A stretch of 45,654 nt of DNA from contig CAZXKZ010000001.1 of assembly GCA_964641825.1 (NCBI GenBank), positions 1 to 45,654 of the forward strand, read 5' to 3'. Position 1 is the stretch's first letter. Each line of letters begins with the position of its first letter. Source of the DNA: an uncultured Bauldia sp. (GTDB lineage Bacteria; Pseudomonadota; Alphaproteobacteria; Rhizobiales; Kaistiaceae). Shown in pieces: positions 1 through 8,729 of the stretch. Position numbers and translations under genes: made by a program. Under the pieces are notes generated by a model that saw nothing but the letters and a program-made list of their open reading frames with translations, made no database searches and was not told where the DNA came from.

Positions 1-48
1 GAGGAGTGGATGTCGGCGATTGACGAGGCGATGGCAGCGGGGGTGGCC
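1..48. repeat. 48-nt terminal direct repeat, identical to 45607..45654 (assembly overlap of a circular or terminally redundant genome)
   Basis: gaggagtggatgtcggcgattgacgaggcgatggcagcgggggtggcc occurs exactly at both window ends. Confidence 0.95.
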
Positions 49-177
49 TGGCCGGCGGCGAGCGTGGAGGAGCTGATGGACGAGGTAGACGCGGCGCTGG
101 CGCGGCAGTATGAGCGGGATGAGGCGTTTGCGGCGGCGCTGCGGGCGCGGCGCGGGGCCGTGGAGGGGGGTTCGTGA
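1..177 (+). CDS. 3-prime part of a hypothetical protein gene that starts at 45226 and wraps the contig junction
   Basis: Frame 1 is open from nt 1 to TGA at 175-177. With the 48-nt overlap removed it is in frame with the open ORF 45226..45654. Confidence 0.6.
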   Translation, partial: EEWMSAIDEAMAAGVAWPAASVEELMDEVDAALARQYERDEAFAAALRARRGAVEGGS

Positions 178-383
178 TGGGCACGGCCGGCGTAATCATC
201 CTGGGCATTCTCTGCGTACTGGGCCTGATCTCGTTCGTGGTCATTCTCGCGCTGTTCCGCGCGCTGGCGAATACCCGCTCGGTGCGGGTTGACGAGGATT
301 CGATTTGTGAAAGAACAAGTGTGCGGATAGCACACTTGTTTCATTATGGTGCATCGTTTATGCTGAAATGGTGGTTATTATGA
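177..383 (+). CDS. small hydrophobic (single-TM) protein, hypothetical
   Basis: ATG overlaps the upstream TGA (gtgatgg). N-terminus GTAGVIILGILCVLGLISFVVILALF is a transmembrane-like stretch. Confidence 0.4.
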   Translation: MGTAGVIILGILCVLGLISFVVILALFRALANTRSVRVDEDSICERTSVRIAHLFHYGASFMLKWWLL

Positions 384-1288
384 CGTCACGTTTTGATGTT
401 CCTGCTCGGCCCGCGCTGCGCTACCACGGCGGCAAGTGGCGCGCGGCGCCGTGGATTATCTCCAGTATACCGGAAGACCATGACGTGTTTGTGGAGTCGC
501 ACGGCGGCAGCGGGGCGACTCTGCTGCGGAAACCGCGCTCGAAGATCGAGGTCTATAATGATCTGGATGGGGAGGTCGTCAATTTCTTCCGCATGCTGCG
601 AGAGCGCCCGGATGATCTGATCCGCGCACTGTACTGGACGCCGTTTGCTCACGCCGAACAGAAGCTGTCCTTCGAGCCGACCGGGGACCCGTTGGAGGCG
701 GCGCGGCGATTCTACGTCCGGTCTTACCTCACCATTTCCGGCCCTACCGCGCAGTGGAACAGCGGCTGGCGCCGGCAGAAGAAGTTCAGCCGCGGCAGGA
801 ACGGCCGGAGCCGGATGAAGACGGCCGCCAGCTCGTTCATGGAGGTGGAGCACCTGTATCGCATCGCTGAACGACTGCGGGGCGTGATCATCGAGCAGGA
901 GAATGCGCTGACGCTGATCCGGCGATATGACCAGCCGCGCGCGGTATTCTACGTTGATCCCCCCTACGTGGCGGCGACGCGCAGACGATGGAAGGATAGC
1001 GCCTACAAGCACGAGATGACCGACGAGGCCCACCGCGAACTGGCGGCCGTGCTGCGCGCGTGCTCCGGTATGGTTCTGCTTTCCGGATATGACAGCGACT
1101 TGTACCAGGAACTCTTTGGGGACTGGACACGGGTGGACCGTGATTTTCGCACCAACGGCAACGCGGCGCGCGTGGCCACGGAATCGCTGTGGCTCAATCC
1201 CGCGGCCCATTCGGCGTTGGAGACCGAATGGTCGACAAGGGAGCGAGAGCGAGCGCCGCTCCTGGCTGCGTTGGGGGTGATCCCGTGA
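368..1288 (+). CDS. D12-class (Dam-like, alpha-type) N6-adenine DNA methyltransferase
   Basis: N-terminal YHGGK and SAM-binding-like ESHGGSGA, then catalytic FYVDPPYV (DPPY) near the C-terminal third. This is the order typical of the MethyltransfD12 family. Confidence 0.85.
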   Translation: MVVIMTSRFDVPARPALRYHGGKWRAAPWIISSIPEDHDVFVESHGGSGATLLRKPRSKIEVYNDLDGEVVNFFRMLRERPDDLIRALYWTPFAHAEQKLSFEPTGDPLEAARRFYVRSYLTISGPTAQWNSGWRRQKKFSRGRNGRSRMKTAASSFMEVEHLYRIAERLRGVIIEQENALTLIRRYDQPRAVFYVDPPYVAATRRRWKDSAYKHEMTDEAHRELAAVLRACSGMVLLSGYDSDLYQELFGDWTRVDRDFRTNGNAARVATESLWLNPAAHSALETEWSTRERERAPLLAALGVIP

Positions 1289-1317
1289 GTGGCGTTCCAG
1301 CCCTCCCGTTGTGACCC

Positions 1318-1761
1318 ATGTTACCGGTGGCTAACGAGACGCGCGCGGGGAAAATCGGACGCCGCTGGAGGCTGCGCAATCCGCGCAACGACAGGCAGGA
1401 ACCCCTCTCCGCCGCGGAGCGGACTATCTCCCCCAATGCAGATCTGCTTGCTCTCGTCGCCGCCATCATTCACCAGGCGCTGGCCGACCTCGACGCAGGC
1501 TATGATGGGCCGTACGGGGAAATCGGCACGGCGAACGAGCAGTACTGGCGAGCGCAGGCGTACCTCTACTTCTTCCACGGCGAGCCGACCGGATTCGAGC
1601 GATTCACGGCCTGGCTAGGGTTGAACGCTCGAGGCCGGTATCCGGATCACCCCCTGTTCAATGACGCGGCCGAACTCCGCCGGCGGCGGCGCGATCTGGT
1701 GCGACTGGGATTGCCGCTCGACCTGTTCGACCGGCGCATAGCAGAGTTGGCTGTGCTCTGA
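1318..1761 (+). CDS. hypothetical protein
   Basis: 147-aa ORF in the co-oriented early block. No recognisable motif. Confidence 0.45.
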   Translation: MLPVANETRAGKIGRRWRLRNPRNDRQEPLSAAERTISPNADLLALVAAIIHQALADLDAGYDGPYGEIGTANEQYWRAQAYLYFFHGEPTGFERFTAWLGLNARGRYPDHPLFNDAAELRRRRRDLVRLGLPLDLFDRRIAELAVL

Positions 1762-1813
1762 GCGAAAGCGGCGCAAATGGAATTCGGCCGATTTGGCCGG
1801 CTACAATGGGATC

Positions 1814-2146
1814 ATGACCACTTCACAGCGACTACACCCGAAGGCCGAGAGCATGTATCGGTACATCATCCGGTATAAGCGGCTGCACGGGGGCGACAGT
1901 CCGAGCCGGCGCGAGATCGCCTCGGCGATTGGGCTGCCGTCCGTGTCGATGGTGCAGCATCACCTCCTGGCGCTGGAATCGGCCGGTCGAATCACGCGGC
2001 CGAAGCGTGGCAAGGCGCGAATGATCGCTATTCCCGGGGCGGAGTGGCGGTTCAGCGAACTGCCGGAGAGTGACCAGAACAAATGTGCGCTCTGTGGCGT
2101 TGAAGAAGCGGCCGATCTGCCTGAAGGGGGAAGAAAAGTGGGGTAA
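1814..2146 (+). CDS. LexA-N-terminal-like winged-helix DNA-binding protein
   Basis: SPSRREIASAIGLPSVSMVQHHLLALESAGRITR resembles the LexA DNA-binding domain. The ATG at 1814 is preferred over the upstream TTG at 1793. Confidence 0.55.
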   Translation: MTTSQRLHPKAESMYRYIIRYKRLHGGDSPSRREIASAIGLPSVSMVQHHLLALESAGRITRPKRGKARMIAIPGAEWRFSELPESDQNKCALCGVEEAADLPEGGRKVG

Positions 2147-2166
2147 AGGTGGGGTGAGATTAGCTT

Positions 2167-3477
2167 ATGGAACCCAAGCATAACATCATTCCCGGACTCA
2201 TTCCCCTTGCTACGCCAATCGACGATCTCCACCTGGACCCGGCCAACGCGCGAACGGGCCACGACGTGGAGCGAATCGCGGCGAGCCTGGCGCAGTACGG
2301 GCAGCGTAAGCCGCTGGTCGCCAACCGCAGCGAGGCCGGCAAGATCGAAGCGGGGAATGGGACGTGGCAGGCGGCCAAGTCGCTGGGCTGGACGCACGTG
2401 GCGGCCGTATTCGTGGAGGATGACCCGATGACGGCCGTGGGCTACGCCATCGCCGACAACCGGACGGCCGAGCTTTCGCAGTGGGACCTCAAGACGCTGC
2501 AAACGCTGATGGCGAGCATCGATCCGGAGTTGGAGACGGGATTCGCGGACGGCGAGCTGGAGGAGATGCTGCGCGCGGCCGGGATCGAGCTGGACGAGCC
2601 GGCGCTTGGGGAGCCGGGCGACGCGGAGCCGCAGCTCGACCGGGCGGAGGAACTGGCGGCTGAGTGGGGCGTACAGCCGGGGCAACTATGGCGGCTGCCG
2701 AGCCGGACCGAGGGCCAGGAGCACCGGATCATCTGCGGCGACTGCACGGACGCGGCCGTGGTGCAGCGGGTCATGGGCGGCGGCCGGGCGACGCTGTTCG
2801 CCACCGACCCGCCGTACCTGGTGGACTATGACGGCACCAACCATCCGCAGGCGTGGAATGCGCCGGAGAAGAAGAAGCGGGTGATGAACAAGGACTGGTC
2901 GGCCACGTACAAGGACTGGGACGCGGCCGAGCAGGGAGAGGGGCTTTACGACGGGTTTGTCTCGGTCGCGGTGGCGCATGCCATCGCGGAAAACGCGGCG
3001 TGGTACTGCTGGCACGCGAGCCGTCGGCAGGCGATGCTGGAGGCGGTATGGAACCGCCATGGGGCGTTCGTCCACCAGCAGATCGTCTGGTCTAAGGACC
3101 GGCCGGTGCTGACGCGGTCGTGGTACATGTGGCAGCATGAGCCGTGTTTCTTCGGGTGGGTGCAGGGAAAGAAGCCGAAGCGGGCGGTGGACGAGTGGAT
3201 CGGGAGCGTGTGGAGCTTCCCGACGCAGACAGCCTTTGAACGCACCGACCACCCGACGCAGAAGCCGTTGCAGCTCTTCGAGATTCCGATCCGGCAGCAC
3301 ACGGAGCCGGGGGAGCTGGTGTACGAGCCGTTCTCGGGGAGTGGGACGCAGATCATCGCGGCCGAGAACCTGGGGCGGCAGTGCCGGGCGGTGGAGATTG
3401 CGCCGCCGTTTGTGGCGGTGGCGTTGCAGCGGTATCTGGATGCGTTTGAGATTCGGGGGGAGGTGGTGAAGCCATGA
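2167..3477 (+). CDS. ParB-like nuclease domain fused to a beta-class N4/N6 DNA methyltransferase
   Basis: N-terminal ParB/Srx-like segment (LHLDPANARTGH...QRKPLVAN...AGNGTWQAAKSLGW). Then motif IV FATDPPY followed by HPTQKP and motif I EPFSGSGT. Confidence 0.85.
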   Translation: MEPKHNIIPGLIPLATPIDDLHLDPANARTGHDVERIAASLAQYGQRKPLVANRSEAGKIEAGNGTWQAAKSLGWTHVAAVFVEDDPMTAVGYAIADNRTAELSQWDLKTLQTLMASIDPELETGFADGELEEMLRAAGIELDEPALGEPGDAEPQLDRAEELAAEWGVQPGQLWRLPSRTEGQEHRIICGDCTDAAVVQRVMGGGRATLFATDPPYLVDYDGTNHPQAWNAPEKKKRVMNKDWSATYKDWDAAEQGEGLYDGFVSVAVAHAIAENAAWYCWHASRRQAMLEAVWNRHGAFVHQQIVWSKDRPVLTRSWYMWQHEPCFFGWVQGKKPKRAVDEWIGSVWSFPTQTAFERTDHPTQKPLQLFEIPIRQHTEPGELVYEPFSGSGTQIIAAENLGRQCRAVEIAPPFVAVALQRYLDAFEIRGEVVKP

Positions 3478-3791
3478 GCATCGCCCTAATCAGCCTGAGC
3501 GAGAAAGACCTGCCGTTCGTTATTGAGGAAAAGGCCTTCATCTGCCCGATATGTGGCGGAAAGCTAGTCGTCGAAGACATAGATGAGTGGGAAGAAGAGG
3601 ACGGCCGGGTGACGGAGAGCGGGTTCCACATCAACTGCGCTACCGAGCCGGACATTGACGGAGATTTGGATGAGTTTATGGAGTGGGTTAACTGGCACTG
3701 GTCGATGCCATACGTTGACTGGTTGCCGTTGCAGACGCGCGTCTATGAATGGTTCGATGCGCGGTACCGGTATCGATTTGAAGAGGGCTAG
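3474..3791 (+). CDS. hypothetical protein with a CPICGG motif, acidic
   Basis: ATGA start/stop overlap with the upstream MTase. 105-aa ORF, AT-richer than its neighbours. Confidence 0.5.
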   Translation: MSIALISLSEKDLPFVIEEKAFICPICGGKLVVEDIDEWEEEDGRVTESGFHINCATEPDIDGDLDEFMEWVNWHWSMPYVDWLPLQTRVYEWFDARYRYRFEEG

Positions 3792-3914
3792 AAAGCATGT
3801 ATGACCAGCGAGAGGCGCCATGAATACCGGCCGGTTTCAGTTGGTCTGGTGGTGGCCGGCGTGGCAGGGGGTTAAATTCTTACGCCGGACGGACTCGTTG
3901 CGCGTCATCTACCG

Positions 3915-4124
3915 GTGGCATCTGGTGCTTGGCTTTGTCGAGGTGCGAAGGTGGGCCGAGAACTGACACACGTGTACGCCTGGCGGAACAACGAGAAGCG
4001 AGCGCGGCTGTTTGGGCGGCCGTGTCGCATTGTGGCGCATGGGAAGCTGGGGAGCGTGCTGATCGAATTCGGAGACGGCGGCCGGGAGGTCGTATCACGC
4101 CGGGCGTTGCGGAGGTTGGCGTGA
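3915..4124 (+). CDS. hypothetical small protein (start may be GTG at 3951)
   Basis: 69-aa ORF. A gaggtg SD-like sequence sits 5 nt upstream of GTG 3951. Confidence 0.4.
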   Translation: MASGAWLCRGAKVGRELTHVYAWRNNEKRARLFGRPCRIVAHGKLGSVLIEFGDGGREVVSRRALRRLA

Positions 4125-4192
4125 CGCGCCGGCCGACAAAGAGGCAGCGACCCGTCGCCGGGCCGCTGGGTGATGGGAAAGTCGGTTGGGGC

Positions 4193-4450
4193 TTATTCTT
4201 CTTCGTCGGCCTCCCCGTCCTCATACTCATCGAGCTGCTCGATCAGATCGTCGAGGTTGAGGTCGCTGCTGAGGAAGCCGTGGTTACGGCCGGCGAAGAT
4301 CTTCAGGTGGTCGAGGAGGTAGGCCTCGGCGTAGCTGTCGCCGGTGGCGCGGACGTAGGTCTCGATGCGGCTGATGGCTTCGTTGAGGTGCTCCTGGGCC
4401 TCGTAGAGCGTGTCGCGCAGGTCTTCTTTGTCGATGGGTCTCGTGGTCAT
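4193..4450 (-). CDS. small, strongly acidic hypothetical protein (C-terminus DEYEDGEADEEE)
   Basis: 85-aa minus-strand ORF, third in a tightly packed three-gene reverse cassette. About a quarter of residues are D/E. Confidence 0.6.
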   Translation of the reverse strand: MTTRPIDKEDLRDTLYEAQEHLNEAISRIETYVRATGDSYAEAYLLDHLKIFAGRNHGFLSSDLNLDDLIEQLDEYEDGEADEEE

Positions 4451-4452
4451 GG

Positions 4453-4683
4453 TTATTGCTCCTTGCGGCCGAGTTCACGGTCGACCGCGGTCTCGATGAG
4501 GTTGAAGAATTCGTCGCCGCAGTTGCGAATGCCGGCGTCGAGCAGGTCGACGTATGCGTTCTTGGCGGCTTCGGTCTTGAAGTTAAATTCGCCGTCGTCC
4601 ATCTCGTCGGCGTGGTCGGCAACGAGTTCGCCGATCAGCCGGGCGAGGGTTTCGGGGCGCAGGTGGTCGAGCAGGTTGGTCAT
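4453..4683 (-). CDS. small acidic hypothetical protein
   Basis: 76-aa ORF, 2 nt from the downstream gene and 6 nt from the upstream gene. Confidence 0.6.
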   Translation of the reverse strand: MTNLLDHLRPETLARLIGELVADHADEMDDGEFNFKTEAAKNAYVDLLDAGIRNCGDEFFNLIETAVDRELGRKEQ

Positions 4684-4689
4684 GGTTGC

Positions 4690-4896
4690 TTACTCCTTAT
4701 TGTTGAGAAAGTCGCTTACTTCCTGCAGCATCTCCTCGACGTGGCCCAGGTCGCCTACGAGGGACCAGGAGCGCCGGTCGCTGCGGTCGAACAATGTGGT
4801 GTGCTTGGCTACGTCGCCGCGAATCTCGTCGAGCAGGTTCATGATCGAGTCGAGGTGGGCTTTGTATTGGTCGGCTGCGGTCTGTTGGTTGTTCAT
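4690..4896 (-). CDS. small acidic hypothetical protein
   Basis: The ATG at 4896 is preceded by GGAGAACAAGA (SD-like). The longer ORF to 4950 lacks an RBS. Confidence 0.55.
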   Translation of the reverse strand: MNNQQTAADQYKAHLDSIMNLLDEIRGDVAKHTTLFDRSDRRSWSLVGDLGHVEEMLQEVSDFLNNKE

Positions 4897-4964
4897 TCTT
4901 GTTCTCCAAAATCGGTTTACTGTGGGACATGTTACTCGGCCGGGCGACAAAGGGAAGGCTCAGT

Positions 4965-4997
4965 TCAATGTCCTTTCAATGTCTTATGAATGTCTTT
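4965..4997 (+). repeat. three tandem 11-bp repeats (tcaatgtcctt / tcaatgtctta / tgaatgtcttt) overlapping the putative terS start
   Basis: Direct reading of the sequence. The period equals about one helical turn. Confidence 0.85.
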
Positions 4998-5733
4998 TGA
5001 TCGGATGATGGACGATTTTGAGCGGCAGGTGCAGGGGGAGCTCGACCGGCTGGAAGGGCCTGATTTCCCGGCGACGCGGCGGGCGCGCCAACAGCGAGCG
5101 GAGACGATCCGGGCGCTGGCCGCGGCGACGATTGCCGGCGAGCCGTGGACGGGAGAGAACGGCGTGCTGGGGCCGAAGCGCCGGACGATCATCGTCGGTG
5201 AGAAGAACTTCTACGAGAAGCGACACTGGTACGCGCACCCGTTGACACGGGAGGTCATCGAGAACGTTACGGCTCTCTATCTGGAGCGCGACGCGGCCGA
5301 GCGAGAGCGGGCGCGGCAGGAAAAGAAAGCGTGGCTGGAGAACAAGGAGATGGAAGCGGCCGAAACGCAGTTCGCCAAGGCGGGCGATCTTCTGGCCCTA
5401 CCCCACATCACCAAGAAGACGGTGTCGGCCGGCGGCGAGACGACGATCATCCTCGACCCGGCGAACGCGGCCGTGTTCAACGCGGCAGTGAACCTGAACA
5501 AGTCGGCGAGCGAGCTGGCGCGTCGGGCCCTGGGGCTCCCGACTGATACGACCCGGAATGAGCTGACCGGGGCTGCCGGCGGCCCCGTCCGGACACAGGA
5601 GATAGGACGCCTTCATGACGGTGCAGAGCACCTCGCGGCAGTCACCCGAATTCTGGTTGAATCTGGCGCAGTCGAACTACGACCAGTTGGCCAGGGCCGT
5701 GACGCCGCGGATGACGAAGTACATCCCGCATAA
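4990..5733 (+). CDS. putative terminase small subunit (position only)
   Basis: 247-aa ORF immediately upstream of and overlapping the large terminase gene. No diagnostic motif. Confidence 0.35.
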   Translation: MSFDRMMDDFERQVQGELDRLEGPDFPATRRARQQRAETIRALAAATIAGEPWTGENGVLGPKRRTIIVGEKNFYEKRHWYAHPLTREVIENVTALYLERDAAERERARQEKKAWLENKEMEAAETQFAKAGDLLALPHITKKTVSAGGETTIILDPANAAVFNAAVNLNKSASELARRALGLPTDTTRNELTGAAGGPVRTQEIGRLHDGAEHLAAVTRILVESGAVELRPVGQGRDAADDEVHPA

Positions 5734-7021
5734 GCCGACGCCGAAGCAGCAGGCATTCCTGTTGCTGGATTGCCTCGAAGCGCTTTATGGGGGCGCGGCC
5801 GGCGGCGGCAAGAGCGATGCCCTGCTGATGGCCGCGCTTCAGTACGTCGACGTGCCCGGCTATTCGGCGCTGCTGCTGCGCCGCACGTTTGCCGACCTGG
5901 CGCTGCCGGGTGCGGTGATGGATCGATCACATGATTGGCTTGAAGGGACGGATGCCCATTGGAATGAGCGCGAGAAGACGTGGGTGTTTCCGGTCGGGGC
6001 AACGCTCACATTTGGCTATCTTCAAGCCGACCGCGACAAATACCGCTACCAGTCGGCCGAGTTCCAGTTCATCGGCTTCGACGAACTGACCCAGTTCATG
6101 CAGGACCAGTACACTTATCTCTTCTCCCGGCTGCGCCGGCGGGCAGGCGTGCTCGTGCCGCTGCGCATGCGGTCGGCCAGCAATCCGGGCGGCGTGGGGC
6201 ATGGCTGGGTCTACGATCGGTTCATGCCCGACCTGACGGCCGAGGCGGTAGCGCACCGGCGAAAGACGGGCCGCATCTTCATCCCGGCGCGACTGGCCGA
6301 CAATCCCCACATCGATCAGATCTCGTACCGCAAGGGTCTGGCGGAACTGGACGACGTGGAGCGCAAGCAACTGGAAGACGGCCTGTGGGTGACCGATCCA
6401 GGCGGGAAGCCGTTCCTGCGCGACTGGTGGCGCGGCGCCAACCGATACGGCGATCAGCGAAACCCGGCAACGGCCCATCGCGTCGTCGGCCGGTATCACT
6501 CCTATGACACGGCCACGAAGGCCGGGCAAGCAAACGCCTATACGGCGCTGGTGGTGGGAGAAGTGACCGCCGACTACCGGCTGCTCGTCCGGCGCGTCTG
6601 GCAGGACAAATTGCTGGTTCCCCACCTGGCCGACGTCGTGCGCGACAAGGCGTCGGCCGACAATCGCGACGGCCGCTTGCAGGCAGTGATCATCGAGGAT
6701 ATGTCATCGGGAACCGGCGTCGTGCAGACGCTCGGTCTGGGCGATGACTGGTTGGCCAGGCTGCTCGTGCCCTTCAAGCCGGCCGGGTTTGGCGACAAGG
6801 TGCAGCGTGCCCAACAGGCCGCGCTATGGTGCAAGCGCGGCTGCGTCCTGCTGCCTCAGCCGTCGATCGATGCGCCATGGCTCTATGAATTCGAGAAGCA
6901 GCTATTCACCTTTCCCGACACTGAATTCGCCGACATGGTGGACGCATTCAGTCAGCTGGTGATCTATCTTGAGCACATCCTGGCCGAGGGGTGGCGCGCG
7001 CGCGGAGGAAATCAATCATGA
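5615..7021 (+). CDS. terL: terminase large subunit
   Basis: Walker A GGAAGGGKS and Walker B-like FIGFDELTQF. Size and position are typical. The start could instead be ATG 5711. Confidence 0.85.
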   Translation: MTVQSTSRQSPEFWLNLAQSNYDQLARAVTPRMTKYIPHKPTPKQQAFLLLDCLEALYGGAAGGGKSDALLMAALQYVDVPGYSALLLRRTFADLALPGAVMDRSHDWLEGTDAHWNEREKTWVFPVGATLTFGYLQADRDKYRYQSAEFQFIGFDELTQFMQDQYTYLFSRLRRRAGVLVPLRMRSASNPGGVGHGWVYDRFMPDLTAEAVAHRRKTGRIFIPARLADNPHIDQISYRKGLAELDDVERKQLEDGLWVTDPGGKPFLRDWWRGANRYGDQRNPATAHRVVGRYHSYDTATKAGQANAYTALVVGEVTADYRLLVRRVWQDKLLVPHLADVVRDKASADNRDGRLQAVIIEDMSSGTGVVQTLGLGDDWLARLLVPFKPAGFGDKVQRAQQAALWCKRGCVLLPQPSIDAPWLYEFEKQLFTFPDTEFADMVDAFSQLVIYLEHILAEGWRARGGNQS

Positions 7022-8523
7022 CGAACGAGTGGACAACGACCGGGCGGCCGATGAGTCGCCTCAGCCAGCGGTTCTGGGGCGGTATCGGCCAGCGGCTCAT
7101 CGACAGCGGCGCGCTGGATAGCCTGGCGATCAGGCCCGGTCAGACGGCCGACGAATCGGCGCGACTGGCGGAGTATGATCTGCGCTGGGCGTACTACTAC
7201 AATGAGGACCTGTATGACCGGCTCTACCGTGCCGGACGCGTCGCCGCGCCGATGCCGACGGAATGGAACCCCATCCCGTCCGTCGTCGGGTTCTACGTTG
7301 CCAACACGCTCGCCGGCAAACTGGTCATCCAACCGACCGACGGCCGCGCGAATAGCGCGGCGCTGGCCGCGGCCGTCGACCGCATCTGGCGCTGGTCGAA
7401 CTTCCCGACGCTGCGGCGAACGCTAACGACCACAGCCGGCGCGCTGGGCGACGTGTTTCTGAAGGTGGCCGAGCGACGGCCGGCCGACGACGCGCCGCCG
7501 ACGGCCGTCTACCTGCAGGACATCCTGCCGTCCACCGTTCGCTGGTGGGACGCCGACGAGCGTGACTTCCTGACCGGCATCCGAATCGACACGCCGCGCC
7601 TGACCAGCATTTTCACCGGGGAGGAACGGCGGCACGTCCTCGTCGAGGTCTGGCGCAAGGAGTGGCCCGACGGCTTCGCCGGCGTTCGCTTTTATGAGGC
7701 CGCGCCCGGCCGGATGGTGAACGACGCCGAACCGGCCGGCGCGATCCGGGCTATTGCCTTCGATGAGCTCGGCTATGACTTTCTCCCCATCGTTTGGGCG
7801 CGAGTGGACACTCACTGGCGGCGGCAGGTGGCCGGCATTGATCGATACAATGCGCTGGCTTGGCAGGCGGCGCGACTGAATCGGCCGCTGGCGGTGGTCA
7901 ACGCCAACGCGGTAGATGCCGCCGGGCGCCCGCTGTCCGCGCCGACGGGAACGGCCGCCGGGCTGGAGACAATGTACACCGAGGCGGGCGACGGCGTTCT
8001 GGGCGTGGTGGAAATGCCGGGGATGGCGACGCTCTCGTGGGCCGGGAACCCGCTCGACTTCGCTGCGCTGAACGCGCGCATGGCCGAGCTGCGCGAAGGC
8101 ATCATCGACAGCCTGCCGGAGTACAGAGTCGCGACGCTGCGTGGCATCCAGATCGCGACTGAGACGCTGCAACTCCTGCTCAACCAGGCCGAGCAGCGCG
8201 TGCTGGAGATGCGCGACGGATTAGAGCGAGCGCTCGTCCGAGCGCAGATGATGGCCCTGTCGATTGCCCAGGTGGCCGAATTGGAGCCGGACGTGTTCGA
8301 CGCCGTCGTCATCGGCACATATGACGACGGCCTGACAGATCACGTTTTTGCCGAGCGCCCGGTGTTCGGCCGCTCCCGCGCGGCGATGGTGACTGAGGCC
8401 GGGCAGCATGTGGCTAACGGCGTCGCGCTGGAGGGTTCCTACCGGATGGCCGGATATGGTGAAGAGGAGATTGACGCCGTGCTGCGCACCGACACGTTTG
8501 CCGACGAGGGCTTGACGCAATGA
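7018..8523 (+). CDS. portal protein (putative)
   Basis: About 500 aa directly after terL with an ATGA overlap. SPP1-like gene order. Confidence 0.65.
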   Translation: MTNEWTTTGRPMSRLSQRFWGGIGQRLIDSGALDSLAIRPGQTADESARLAEYDLRWAYYYNEDLYDRLYRAGRVAAPMPTEWNPIPSVVGFYVANTLAGKLVIQPTDGRANSAALAAAVDRIWRWSNFPTLRRTLTTTAGALGDVFLKVAERRPADDAPPTAVYLQDILPSTVRWWDADERDFLTGIRIDTPRLTSIFTGEERRHVLVEVWRKEWPDGFAGVRFYEAAPGRMVNDAEPAGAIRAIAFDELGYDFLPIVWARVDTHWRRQVAGIDRYNALAWQAARLNRPLAVVNANAVDAAGRPLSAPTGTAAGLETMYTEAGDGVLGVVEMPGMATLSWAGNPLDFAALNARMAELREGIIDSLPEYRVATLRGIQIATETLQLLLNQAEQRVLEMRDGLERALVRAQMMALSIAQVAELEPDVFDAVVIGTYDDGLTDHVFAERPVFGRSRAAMVTEAGQHVANGVALEGSYRMAGYGEEEIDAVLRTDTFADEGLTQ

Positions 8524-8729
8524 TGCCCCAGCAATCGCCGCGCAAGGTCGCGCGCGGCCGACCGATTGAATGGACGGATGACGATTTGGAGCGCCTCGCC
8601 GAAATTCACGTCGCCGACGATACACCGCTCATGCTGGCATTCGTTGAGAAGTACGGCTCGCCCAGGCTGCTGGCGCTGCTGACGGCCGCGCCGGAAACCG
8701 CGCCGGATGACGGGGCCGCCGATGCCTAA
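8520..8729 (+). CDS. hypothetical small protein
   Basis: ATG overlaps the portal stop. 69 aa. Confidence 0.4.
   Translation: MMPQQSPRKVARGRPIEWTDDDLERLAEIHVADDTPLMLAFVEKYGSPRLLALLTAAPETAPDDGAADA

Noticed and set aside
3929-5008. 359-aa plus-strand ORF spanning the acidic-protein cassette
   Set aside because: It lies antisense to three compact minus-strand genes that have good RBSs. Its product is low-complexity (V/A/G/L/E runs), as expected from a stop-poor antisense frame in GC-rich DNA.
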